DNA of 64,000 nt from an uncultured Candidatus Saccharibacteria bacterium (GTDB taxonomy: Bacteria > Patescibacteriota > Saccharimonadia > Saccharimonadales > Saccharimonadaceae), in contig CAURPS010000003.1 of the NCBI GenBank assembly GCA_963526965.1, forward strand, positions 56,303-120,302. The letters are read 5' to 3'. Positions 20,166 through 29,830 of the stretch are shown here, piece by piece. The notes beneath the pieces were generated by a model. The model made no database searches. It had not been told where the DNA came from and saw nothing but the letters and a program-made list of their open reading frames with translations. Position 1 is the first letter of the stretch, and every line of letters starts with the position of its first letter. A program made the translations under genes and the position numbers.

Positions 20166-21392
20166 CTACGCAGCCATACAGCGCAGCTGCCGGCGATAAA
20201 CTGCCGCGAGCAGCACCGCTTGGATGATGCCTGCCACCATAAAGCACAGCACACTGCCCAGCATCGCATAGTGCTGCACCACGCTATATGACACGACTGT
20301 GAGTACGATATTACTCAACAGAAGTATATAGAACTGCCCTTTAAACTCGCGCAGCACGGTGAGGATATTGATATAAATCGACACCAGCGCATTAGCCACC
20401 GCTCCCACCACCATGATGAGCAGCTCAGTGCGATAATCAGTAATACGCGCATTAAAAATGAGAGTAAGAAGCGGTGCCCCAACCAGCCACGTCGCAATCA
20501 GTGTTAGTGCACTAATCCCCAAGACGATGAGGATAATTTTGCTCACCAGCGCGTGGAACTCAAGGCGCTTCTGCTGATGATAGAGCTCCGACAGCTGCAC
20601 GATATTGGGCTGAATAATGAAGGTAATAAATAGCGAGAGTAAGGTAATAGGCATAGCCATAATACCAAAATAAGCGATCTCGTGCGTGTGGAATGTATCG
20701 AGAAAATAGCGCGGAATATTAAGCGAAAACATCGTCAAAAATGTGGTAAGGAACACTGGTGCGCAGCGCCGCATGATCATACCAACATGGCGCAGCTTAG
20801 GCACGAGATGGTCGATATGGGGCTGGATAGGTTCGTACCGCTGTACCTGTTGCCAATCATACAACACAAGCATGAGAGCATTAACCGCCACAATTGCCAC
20901 CACCCCCCACAGCACACTATGCACAAGCATATCGACGAGCAAAAATGCCACAAAGCCCCCTACCGCCTTGATCGTAAGCGAATAGCCAACGACGTAGAGC
21001 CTGTGATGGATTTGCAGCACACCATAGAGTGCATCGGCTACTGCCTCCAGCGCCTTGAAGAGTACGAGCGCGATGATGATACTCGACTTAACGACATCAT
21101 AGTGATTTGCCACGCAAAACAGCACCGCACCCACCATCATCACGATCGACGTCACGAGTTTAACGGCAAGGTAGCTGCTACTACTAAACTCTTTGCGCAC
21201 ATCCGACACCTGATAAGTACGCCCACCCCACAAACCAATCGCCCAAAACACTACCGAGAGCGACAGCGCAAAGGAAAAAATTCCCGAGTCGGTGATACCA
21301 TTAAGCCGCGTAATAAGTAGCAGGAGTGCTGGCGAGATAGCACTTTGCAAAAAGGAGCCAATAGAGTTCCAGATATAATTTTTAGACTGCAT
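20166..21392 (-). CDS. Wzx-like oligosaccharide flippase (MOP superfamily)
   Basis: 408 aa with about 12 TM segments. The N-terminus MQSKNYIWNSIGSFLQSAISPALLLLITRL is typical of polysaccharide flippases. Confidence 0.65.
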   Translation of the reverse strand: MQSKNYIWNSIGSFLQSAISPALLLLITRLNGITDSGIFSFALSLSVVFWAIGLWGGRTYQVSDVRKEFSSSSYLAVKLVTSIVMMVGAVLFCVANHYDVVKSSIIIALVLFKALEAVADALYGVLQIHHRLYVVGYSLTIKAVGGFVAFLLVDMLVHSVLWGVVAIVAVNALMLVLYDWQQVQRYEPIQPHIDHLVPKLRHVGMIMRRCAPVFLTTFLTMFSLNIPRYFLDTFHTHEIAYFGIMAMPITLLSLFITFIIQPNIVQLSELYHQQKRLEFHALVSKIILIVLGISALTLIATWLVGAPLLTLIFNARITDYRTELLIMVVGAVANALVSIYINILTVLREFKGQFYILLLSNIVLTVVSYSVVQHYAMLGSVLCFMVAGIIQAVLLAAVYRRQLRCMAA

Positions 21393-21484
21393 AATCTTAT
21401 TTAGTATACCACTGGTTGATTATTTCCTGCGATTTAGACCATAATTTGCTCTGTTGTGATTTGTGCTCTATAATCAGGCGTGTT

Positions 21485-22921
21485 ATGAAGAAATATTGGG
21501 CATCATTCGAATCATTTATTGCACGGCCAGAGCGAGTCTTTCTTTCGCTGTGTTTGTTGTTTGGCTTATTGTCGGCGTTTTTTGTGCCGCAGCTATCGGT
21601 GAGTGATGAGAATATGCACTACTTGCGGGCGTATGCGCTAGCTGATGGTCGCCTCGAGTCCAAGCGCTGCACCTACCCAGTGGATGTTAATGGCCGAGCA
21701 TCATCAGTGTATCATGGCAATATCAGCGCTGATTATTCGCGTCCTATCAACCGCTCAGAACTCAAGACAAGTAAGTGCAACAGTGCTGTGGGCTACGCAC
21801 CCATTATGCATGCGCCGCAAACGCTTGGTATTTTCATCGCTAATCTCTTCAATGGGTCGACAGGCCTGACGATTCTCTTTGGGCGGATTGCCAACTTGCT
21901 GTTCTACGCGCTCAGTGTGTTTTTCATTATCAAGTGGGTGCGCATTGGTAAGTGGGTCTTTGCAGTAGTGGGGCTGCTACCACTAATGGTTCATCTCGCT
22001 GCCTCGCTCTCAAGCGATGTCATGACGAATGTGGCGATATTCCTCATTACCGCCACGACACTCAATCTCTACACCCAAGAAACGCCGATCCGCCGCAAGC
22101 AAGTCGCTGGCCTCTTAGCTATAGCGGCACTGCTGGCACTGACCAAGGCGGTTAATGGTTTACTGCTCTTCCCGCTGCTTTTTTTGCCAGGGCGACTCTT
22201 CATCCCAAACACCAAGCTGCCGAAGCTACCATCACTTTTCAAGAAGCTCCCCTTCAACCTGCATAAGTGGGCGCTGATCGCAGGTGCTGGTATTGTGTCG
22301 CTGGCGGCACTGCTTATCTGGCAAAAGATCTATGATGGTGCGCTCCTTTCATCTGGCGCAGCCGATAATCCACTGCATCACAACCCGCTTAGGTTTATCC
22401 GCATCCTCTTTAATACCTACATCAATCCAAACATTGGCTACACCGATATCGTAGTACGTGGTAGTGTAGGCGACTTCTCAAGCTTCAAATATCACCTGCC
22501 GCTCTTTGTTTTGATCCCGCTCTTTCTACTGGTCTTTCTTGCACTGATCAAGCGCGATAAGGCCGAGGAGCAAGCACTCGCCCCAGCTGCTGGTCGATTA
22601 GCCGCGGCCAACCTCACTACTGTTGCCGTCTTTATTGCGGCGGTTTCATATGCGATGTACACCGCCTGGGCGCTGCTACCAATTCGCTTTGGTGCTGGTG
22701 CATACTACGCCGATGGAGTGCAGGGGCGTTACTTTACGGCGCTACTCGTGCTCCTCATCCCCTGTGGAGTGTGGCTACGCAAGTATGTTTGGTTCCATAC
22801 TGCCTCGGCTAAGGTGTTTCACGCTCTTATATTCTTTGGCTGCGGGGCAATTTTGCTGTACTATACCTTTGGCACCTATTGGGCTTACCACGCGCCAATA
22901 CCGGTACCACCGGTGGCATAA
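21485..22921 (+). CDS. polytopic membrane protein, GT-C-like / DUF2142-like
   Basis: About 478 aa from MKKYWASFESF, with many TM segments. An early loop reads SDENMHYLRAYALADG. TATAAT lies 10 nt upstream of the ATG. The function is inferred from context only. Confidence 0.5.
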   Translation: MKKYWASFESFIARPERVFLSLCLLFGLLSAFFVPQLSVSDENMHYLRAYALADGRLESKRCTYPVDVNGRASSVYHGNISADYSRPINRSELKTSKCNSAVGYAPIMHAPQTLGIFIANLFNGSTGLTILFGRIANLLFYALSVFFIIKWVRIGKWVFAVVGLLPLMVHLAASLSSDVMTNVAIFLITATTLNLYTQETPIRRKQVAGLLAIAALLALTKAVNGLLLFPLLFLPGRLFIPNTKLPKLPSLFKKLPFNLHKWALIAGAGIVSLAALLIWQKIYDGALLSSGAADNPLHHNPLRFIRILFNTYINPNIGYTDIVVRGSVGDFSSFKYHLPLFVLIPLFLLVFLALIKRDKAEEQALAPAAGRLAAANLTTVAVFIAAVSYAMYTAWALLPIRFGAGAYYADGVQGRYFTALLVLLIPCGVWLRKYVWFHTASAKVFHALIFFGCGAILLYYTFGTYWAYHAPIPVPPVA

Positions 22922-23234
22922 GAGAAAATATTCTCTGTCTCTCAAAGCTCTTTGTTTTTTCTGCTTGTTTAGCTTGCACTTCATCTGCTTAAATCTCAAT
23001 ACTTTCTTTTGGCGTCAATACTGTTTCATCTAATGGATATATGGATTTGTCGTTGTCCTAATGATTTTTATCACTGGTACTGGAGGTCTATGGAGAATTT
23101 CACCCTTTATAGTATCTTGAAGGAGGCATCACAGAAAATACATGATTCTATAAAAGTTTTAAATCCTTCTTTTCACCTTCCCCTTTCATGACGCTTATGC
23201 TATAGTGACATGGAACACTAATAGCACAAGCATT

Positions 23235-23810
23235 ATGAAATTATTACGTCCTCTATCCAAAAAACGTCTCACAGTCATCATTAGTATTGGCATTGCGCTC
23301 GTCACCGCTGGTGGCTATGGTGCCTATATCGCAACGCGCCCCGCCCCATTGCCGCCCCTGTCAGACGAGCCAACGCCAGCCCAAAAACAAACACAGCACA
23401 AGACCGATGCCACCACGAAAGAATCATTTTTAGACAATAACACAGACCATAATACGACCAATACCAAAGACACTTCGCAGCAGCGCACCACCCAGGCTCA
23501 GCCCGCGCCAGTCCCAGCCTCGGCCAAGCACATTGAGCTCTCTGCCGAGCAGTCAGGCGAAACAGTCGTTGTGACTACTAAGCTGAGAGAACAAGGTTTT
23601 TCCTCTGGTCAGTGCGTGCTGACGATCACTAGTAGCGAGCAGCGCTCCGAGCAGCACGCTGCCATCATCTACCAGCCAGAATACTCCACCTGTGCTGGCT
23701 TCTCTGTGCCCGTCCGATCATTACCCAAAGGTACGTGGCATATCTCTCTCGCTGTCACGCCGCTTGGTGGCAAGACACTCACGAAGACGCTTGATAAGGA
23801 GATTCGCTAG
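23235..23810 (+). CDS. membrane-anchored hypothetical protein
   Basis: MKLLRPLSKKRLTVIISIGIALVTAGGYGAYIA signal-anchor, then a T/Q/N-rich linker and a small C-terminal domain. Its stop abuts the start of the ChW protein gene. Confidence 0.5.
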   Translation: MKLLRPLSKKRLTVIISIGIALVTAGGYGAYIATRPAPLPPLSDEPTPAQKQTQHKTDATTKESFLDNNTDHNTTNTKDTSQQRTTQAQPAPVPASAKHIELSAEQSGETVVVTTKLREQGFSSGQCVLTITSSEQRSEQHAAIIYQPEYSTCAGFSVPVRSLPKGTWHISLAVTPLGGKTLTKTLDKEIR

Positions 23811-26117
23811 ATGATGGCTCAATCATACTCCACCGCCCACCCCTTCTCGACATATTGGCGATATGTCCTTGCTGGTGTTTTGTGTGTAAGTTTATTTGCT
23901 GCAACCATCCTCTCCCGCCCAGCCCAGGCAGTGACGGCAGCCGATTGGCGAGCAGGTAATATCGTTGATGATTTGCTCTTTACCAATAGCGATGATATGT
24001 CGGTGGCAGATATTCAGGCGTTTCTCAACAGCCTCAACCCACAATGCGACACTTATGGCCGGCAGCCTGCTGCCGAACATGGCAGGCGCGATATCAGCCG
24101 GGCGCAGTATGCTGCCGCTCGAGGTTGGCATGGGCCGCCATATGTCTGCCTCAAGGACTATTATGAAGTACCTAAATACACACCGGGCAATTACATCCCT
24201 GCTAATAACTTCGGTGGAACGATCCCCGCTGGAGCAGTCAGTGCCGCGCAAATTATCTACGATGCTGCCAAGCAGAATAATCTCAACCCCAAGGTGTTAT
24301 TGGTGAAGATCGCTACCGAGTCGGCTGGCCCGCTCACCTCTGACACCTGGCCCCTCCAAAACCAATACACCTATGCCATGGGTTCGCACTGCCCCGATAG
24401 TGGCCCGGGCGGCAGCGCCAATTGCGATCGCAACTATGCTGGCTTCTCGATGCAAGTTGCCTCAGGAGCACAGCTCATCCGTTGGTATCTGGATAGTATG
24501 CAGCAACCATGGTGGTCGTACAAAAAGCCGTTTGCGACCAATCGTATCCTATGGAATGTGGTGCAGCGAGGCTGCGGCGCTGGCGATGTGTATATCGAGA
24601 GCAAGGCCACAGCGGCACTCTACACCTACACACCGTACCAGCCTAATCAAGCAGCACTGGCCAATATGTATGGCCTGGGTGATCATTGCAGCGCCTATGG
24701 CAACCGCAACTTCTGGCGAGTGTGGAACGACTGGTTTGGCTCGACCCAGCATAGTCGACCACTTATCAGCTTCCGATCGCACAGCAGCTACATCGGCTGG
24801 ACAGGGGTAATTCATAACCGTGGCATTACAGGCGTCACTGGTCAAAGCAAGGCAATGCAAGCTCTCACGATCGATGGTGAGGTAACTTATGCCTCATACA
24901 GCAACGAGCGCGGTTGGCAGCCCACTGTGCAGGGTAGTATGCAATCGGGCACAACAGGGCTTGGCCGACCAATCACCGCCGTCAAGATCCAGCCAACTGG
25001 TACTCTCGCCCAGGCGTACGACATCTACTATCGCGCCCACGTGAGCTACATTGGCTGGATGGGCTGGGCTAAGAATGGTGAAGTGGCTGGTGTGACTGGC
25101 GGAGCTAACAATGCTATCGAAGCGGTCGAAATAAAGCTTGTGCGCAAAGGAACGCCTGCACCTGAGTCATCTGGGGTAGCGTATAAAAATATTGCAACAC
25201 ATGGCGACCCATCACCCCTCAAGCTCTCACTCAGCTCACATGTTGGTATGGTTGGCTGGCAGCCAGAAGTACGTGATGAGATGATGAGCGGCACCACTGG
25301 CCAAAGCCGCCGCATCGAAGCCATCAAAGCATCGCTCCACAACACAACGGGCCTGCCAGGTAACATCCAATATTCATCACATGTTAGCTACGTCGGCTGG
25401 CAAGATTGGAAGCAAGCAGGCGACGCATCCGGCACCACAGGACAGTTCCGCTCCATCGAGGCAGTCCGCTTCTTACTCACCGGCAAACTCGCTACTGCAT
25501 ACGATATCTGGTACCGAGGTTACTCACAATATGTCGGTTGGATGGGCTGGGCCAAGAATGGCCAACCAGCTGGCTCGGCTGGCGCCTACCGGCAGCTCGA
25601 AGCACTGGAGGTGCGCCTTGTGCCGAAGCATACACTCAGCCTGCCTGGCGGTGCCTTTTATAACCCAACCAACACTGCCGTGCCCGATCTCTATCAACTG
25701 AGCTACGCTGCCCACGTAGGCTACATTGGCTGGATGCCCGATGTATCGCACCCCATTATGGCTGGCACCACTGGCAAATCGCGCTACCTTGAGGCAATCC
25801 GTCTTGGCAAAGCCGTATCGCTGCGCGATGGTTCACCCATCACCATCCAGTGCGAAGCAAAAACTGCTGGCCAGTGGCTCCCACCAGTCACTCTCTCACC
25901 ATCGCAGCCCTGTGGCACGACTGGTCAGCGCAAAGCGCTCGAAGCCCTCAAGCTTAACCTCAGTCCCGCCGACGCCACTCGCTACGATATTTATTACAAC
26001 ACTCACCTCTCCTGGGTAGGTTGGCAGGGCTGGAAAAAGAATGGCGAAGTAGCTGGCGACCGACCCGGTTCGCATATCGAAGCAGTGATGATGAAGCTGG
26101 TGGAGAAGAGTAACTAG
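23811..26117 (+). CDS. secreted surface protein: about 300-aa unknown N-terminal domain plus 9 ChW (clostridial hydrophobic W) repeats
   Basis: Signal peptide VLCVSLFAATILSRPAQA. Nine repeats of the type Y-x-[AS]-H-V-[SG]-Y-[IV]-GW ... G-x-[ST]-G ... [IL]EA[IVL]. Confidence 0.8.
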   Translation: MMAQSYSTAHPFSTYWRYVLAGVLCVSLFAATILSRPAQAVTAADWRAGNIVDDLLFTNSDDMSVADIQAFLNSLNPQCDTYGRQPAAEHGRRDISRAQYAAARGWHGPPYVCLKDYYEVPKYTPGNYIPANNFGGTIPAGAVSAAQIIYDAAKQNNLNPKVLLVKIATESAGPLTSDTWPLQNQYTYAMGSHCPDSGPGGSANCDRNYAGFSMQVASGAQLIRWYLDSMQQPWWSYKKPFATNRILWNVVQRGCGAGDVYIESKATAALYTYTPYQPNQAALANMYGLGDHCSAYGNRNFWRVWNDWFGSTQHSRPLISFRSHSSYIGWTGVIHNRGITGVTGQSKAMQALTIDGEVTYASYSNERGWQPTVQGSMQSGTTGLGRPITAVKIQPTGTLAQAYDIYYRAHVSYIGWMGWAKNGEVAGVTGGANNAIEAVEIKLVRKGTPAPESSGVAYKNIATHGDPSPLKLSLSSHVGMVGWQPEVRDEMMSGTTGQSRRIEAIKASLHNTTGLPGNIQYSSHVSYVGWQDWKQAGDASGTTGQFRSIEAVRFLLTGKLATAYDIWYRGYSQYVGWMGWAKNGQPAGSAGAYRQLEALEVRLVPKHTLSLPGGAFYNPTNTAVPDLYQLSYAAHVGYIGWMPDVSHPIMAGTTGKSRYLEAIRLGKAVSLRDGSPITIQCEAKTAGQWLPPVTLSPSQPCGTTGQRKALEALKLNLSPADATRYDIYYNTHLSWVGWQGWKKNGEVAGDRPGSHIEAVMMKLVEKSN

Positions 26118-26131
26118 TAACTACTAGATGT

Positions 26132-26170
26132 ACAAAACAATCCTCCCACATCTGTGAGAGGATTGTTTGT
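26132..26170. terminator. bidirectional hairpin between convergent ChW and glycosyltransferase genes
   Basis: ACAAAACAATCCTC-ccacatctgtga-GAGGATTGTTTGT. Confidence 0.55.
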
Positions 26171-26195
26171 ATATATCACAGCAAGACAACAAGCT

Positions 26196-28412
26196 TTACT
26201 CGTAGATCGCCGCTACTTTCTCCTCAATATTCTTCCATTGATAGTCGTTGGCAGTTTGGCGGCCACCGGCGATAAGCTTGTCGCGTAGTGCTTTGTCTGC
26301 CACCAGGCGCTCCACCGCCGCGACACCAGCCGCTATATCACCCTGTTGGTAGAGGAGGCAGTTCTCACCATCCTTGAGGTACTCGACATTACCGCCATTG
26401 GGCACTACCACTGCGAGGCCACCGGTTGCCATCATCTCGAGTGGTGGGTAGGAGAAGCTCTCGAGGATGCTTGTCTTGATAAGGATGTCACAGCTGGCGT
26501 ATACTTCGCCGACCTTCTCAGGTGCAATGCGATTGTAGAATGTATCGACGCGGTACCAGTCCTTAGGCTCTTTGCGGTACGATAGGTACGAGACTTCATA
26601 CTTCGCAGGGTCGAGCTGGTTGATGATGCGAAAAGCTTCGTCGGTATTCTTGTACTCACTCTTGCTATCGCCCTCAACGAGGATTTTTATCTTGCGACCA
26701 CTGTCAAAGTCGCGCTCGCGGTATGGATAATACTCGATATCGATGCCGTTTGAGACATACTTCGCATCCTTGCCAAACATATCTTTGAGCCACTTCTGGC
26801 ACCAGAGCGACATCGTTACATAGCGCACACCCGACTGGTCACAGTACGATGCATTGGCTGCAAAGCGTGGCCCACCCGTGCCGGGGATATAAAAATCAGT
26901 CTCGAAGTTTTGGACGAAGTAAAGCCGGTTGCGCACATTGGGGTGCTTTTTGATAATCTCTACCGTTGACCACAGCGTCGCCACTTGCGTGTCGAAGAAG
27001 GCCTCTATCTTCGTCTTGTGCGCTGTAATAACATTGAAGCCTGGCAATTCGGAGCGGTATTGGTAGGTCTTTTTGGCCTGCTTAAGGGCGTGCTTGCTCA
27101 CTGAATCGATCAGCGTTACATCCCAGCCCGCCTTGCGGAGAATGTCAGCGTGTTTGACGGCAACGATCACTCCACCCGAGATATCTGTCGAAGGCAAAAC
27201 AAAGCCAATATTGCGCGCTAAGCGCTCCCGTATAAACGATGCAAGCGTGTAGCCAGTGTAGACTGTCGAATAATCATTGGTGGCAATCTTGTGTGCATTC
27301 TCGCCCAGCTGAGTGCGCAGTGCTTTGTCGGTAATGAGGCGATCGAGTGCTGCGTACCAATCGTTATCTGCACCAACCAAGAGGCCTGTCTCACCATCCT
27401 TGACCTGTTCGGCAAAGGCCCCCACCTGGCTCGCCACCGTTGGCACCTTGACGAGGCCAGCCTCAAGCCATTTATTCTCAGACTTCGCACGGTTAAAGAT
27501 CGTATCGACTAGTGGTGCAAGGATGATATCGCAATCCACCATCACTGCGGGCAGCTCCCGCCAATCGACAAAGCCTGACGTCATCACCCGCTCTTTATAC
27601 GGCTCAAGCGCGGCCGGTACATCGAGAATACCAGCAATCTTGAGGTGGAGCTGTGGATATGCATCGAACAGCCGAATCAAATCTGGGATGACTAGCTCAA
27701 AGTCCTCATTGTGCGTAATACTCCCACTAAAGTACCCAATGATGATTTTGTCTGCATCTTTGGCGATCTTCCCCTCAGCCAGGTCTTCAAGTGCCATGTT
27801 AGACGTCTTGATCATCTCATCAGAGGCGGCATTACGGTTGATGAGTACATCGCCAGTGGTGTATTTTTGCAGCTCATCGCGCAGTTGCGTTGTAGTTGTC
27901 ACAACGTGATCACAAAGCTTAAGTGTCTCACGCATACGGTTCACTCCGTCGTCATAGAGCTGCTTATCGGCTTGGTTCATCTGCTGGACGTACTTAATGC
28001 CGTCGGTATACGTTTGATCGATAACAAGATCGTCAATATCAAAAAAGCAGGTCTTGTTGAAGAACTTTGCTTGCTTAATAAATTCCCGCACCGTCTCTGT
28101 CACTGGGCAACGAAAGAATACGAAGCCACGATAATATTTGAGGTCATCCAGCGAGAGTCGATCATAAAACACACTCTCCACCGTTAGCCCCTGCGACATC
28201 AACTGCTCCATTTGGTGTGCCACGCGGTAGCGCTCGGGGTGCGGCAGGGTGCAACCATTGATAAAGAGGATGTCTTTGTAATACTTCTGCTTGCGCTCGG
28301 GGAATTTACGATAATAGGCATACTTCGTGGCGCGCTTGCCAAAGCCGATCATTCCATCGTCTTTGATAATCTTCATGCTTTTCTTGGCGGCTTTGTGTAC
28401 TTTACCGATCAT
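26196..28412 (-). CDS. two-module GT-B (GT4-like) glycosyltransferase, probable polymerising enzyme
   Basis: 738 aa. Two GT-B-type C-terminal signatures: GAFAEQVKDGETGLLV in the first half and ESFSYPPLEMMATGGLAVV in the second. ATGA overlap with the upstream GT2. Confidence 0.7.
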   Translation of the reverse strand: MIGKVHKAAKKSMKIIKDDGMIGFGKRATKYAYYRKFPERKQKYYKDILFINGCTLPHPERYRVAHQMEQLMSQGLTVESVFYDRLSLDDLKYYRGFVFFRCPVTETVREFIKQAKFFNKTCFFDIDDLVIDQTYTDGIKYVQQMNQADKQLYDDGVNRMRETLKLCDHVVTTTTQLRDELQKYTTGDVLINRNAASDEMIKTSNMALEDLAEGKIAKDADKIIIGYFSGSITHNEDFELVIPDLIRLFDAYPQLHLKIAGILDVPAALEPYKERVMTSGFVDWRELPAVMVDCDIILAPLVDTIFNRAKSENKWLEAGLVKVPTVASQVGAFAEQVKDGETGLLVGADNDWYAALDRLITDKALRTQLGENAHKIATNDYSTVYTGYTLASFIRERLARNIGFVLPSTDISGGVIVAVKHADILRKAGWDVTLIDSVSKHALKQAKKTYQYRSELPGFNVITAHKTKIEAFFDTQVATLWSTVEIIKKHPNVRNRLYFVQNFETDFYIPGTGGPRFAANASYCDQSGVRYVTMSLWCQKWLKDMFGKDAKYVSNGIDIEYYPYRERDFDSGRKIKILVEGDSKSEYKNTDEAFRIINQLDPAKYEVSYLSYRKEPKDWYRVDTFYNRIAPEKVGEVYASCDILIKTSILESFSYPPLEMMATGGLAVVVPNGGNVEYLKDGENCLLYQQGDIAAGVAAVERLVADKALRDKLIAGGRQTANDYQWKNIEEKVAAIYE

Positions 28413-29824
28413 ACGTCCTCCTCTGGCGTTACGTGCGGGTTATATAGTGTGTTGTATCCTTTACCACAGAGTGCAGCAGTTATCTGAGCACTGGTGAGCG
28501 GTGTGTCTGGCGCAAGAGCGGCAAGTTTGGTGCGCGCCACCACCACTGTTGGTGCGTCGATAGTACCAAGATTATAGCGTGCTGTCAAGTAGATGTGTTT
28601 GGTAAATGAGCGCCGACTGAGCTGCTGGAGCAGACCTACCACCGATGGTTGTAAAATCGACGACAAATTTGCAATCACCTGCTGCTCATCGGCAATCCGT
28701 GGCGTCACCGCACCAATCATTGGGCGAGCGGCATCGGCAGCGAGATGCTGCAGCGTGCTAGAAGGCAGCGCATTATGCTGCGTCAGGCATATCATCTCGG
28801 CAGTGGTTGTCTCAAGCAGCTGACCAACAGTGGTCGACTCATCGAACAACGCGGTGTCAGTGCTATATGCTTGGTCTAAGATATAGCTCATCTGCCACTG
28901 AGCGCCATACTGCGGGTCGCGCTCCACCTGGGTCTGCACCTGGCGAGCAGCGCTGTCTGCCTTGAGGGCGCGACGCTGCGCATCGATGACGTAAGGTTTG
29001 GCATCAAGGTCTTTCGCTGTAGAGGCTTGGTGAACACGCCAATAGTAGAGGATCTGCGGCACATGAGTAATCTGCTCGGGCTGCAAAGCCCGCGTTAGGC
29101 GCAAGAACAGCTCCCAATCCTGCGTGCCATTATACGACCCATCTTCACTACCAACCTCTGTGAGTAACTGGCGTGACATAACGGCAAAGTGCGTAATGTA
29201 ATTCACTGCGCGCAAAAAATCTGCGTTCCAATCGGGCTTGAAAAATGGCTGATATGGCCGCCCGTGCTCGTCCATCTTCGTCTCATCGGTGTAGACGAAC
29301 TGCGCGCCCGTACGGTCGATTGCGGCCGCGACCCACAGAAGTGCATCAGGGTGGAGAGTATCATCATGGTCAAGCAGCGCAATGTATTCGCCCGTAGCCT
29401 GTGCGATGCCATAGTTGGTTGCACCAGCAATGTGACGGTTCTTGTCCAAAAAGAACGGCTTGAGCTGTGGTATGTCCTCGGCTAAGTCACGGATCGCCTG
29501 GCGAGTAGTCTCATTAGTCGAGGCATCGTCAACGAGGATAAGTTCCCAATGTGGGTACGACTGCGCCACCACCGACTGCACCATCTCTCGCAGGAATGGA
29601 ATTGGCGTATTATACGTCGGTACGATGATAGAGATACGCGGCTGCTCAGTAAGTGAGGCAAGTGCTGGCGGCTGCTCAGTATGCTGACGCTGCCATGCAT
29701 CGTAGATGCGACGCTGGCGAGCATCAAGATAGACTCGATACGGCGTTAAAAGGTAACGTACCGCGCGGTGGAGATGGCGATTGGCTTTGATAAGGTGCGT
29801 CAGATGATGTAATATATACGACAT
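28409..29824 (-). CDS. GT2 glycosyltransferase
   Basis: ISIIVPTYNTPIPFLREMVQSVVAQSYPHWELILVDDAS and LLDHDD motifs. The C-terminal 170 aa are unassigned. Confidence 0.8.
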   Translation of the reverse strand: MSYILHHLTHLIKANRHLHRAVRYLLTPYRVYLDARQRRIYDAWQRQHTEQPPALASLTEQPRISIIVPTYNTPIPFLREMVQSVVAQSYPHWELILVDDASTNETTRQAIRDLAEDIPQLKPFFLDKNRHIAGATNYGIAQATGEYIALLDHDDTLHPDALLWVAAAIDRTGAQFVYTDETKMDEHGRPYQPFFKPDWNADFLRAVNYITHFAVMSRQLLTEVGSEDGSYNGTQDWELFLRLTRALQPEQITHVPQILYYWRVHQASTAKDLDAKPYVIDAQRRALKADSAARQVQTQVERDPQYGAQWQMSYILDQAYSTDTALFDESTTVGQLLETTTAEMICLTQHNALPSSTLQHLAADAARPMIGAVTPRIADEQQVIANLSSILQPSVVGLLQQLSRRSFTKHIYLTARYNLGTIDAPTVVVARTKLAALAPDTPLTSAQITAALCGKGYNTLYNPHVTPEEDV

Positions 29825-29830
29825 TTCTCC

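Noticed and set aside
23076-23126. Possible third, truncated copy of the structured element (GGTACTGGA ... CACCCTTTATAGTATCTTGAAGGAGG).
   Set aside because: It shares only the CCCTT-TAGT-TC-(4-5 nt)-GGAGG block, plus a GGTACTGGA 9-mer with copy 1. The internal hairpins are not formed, so the similarity is too short to separate from chance without a covariance model.
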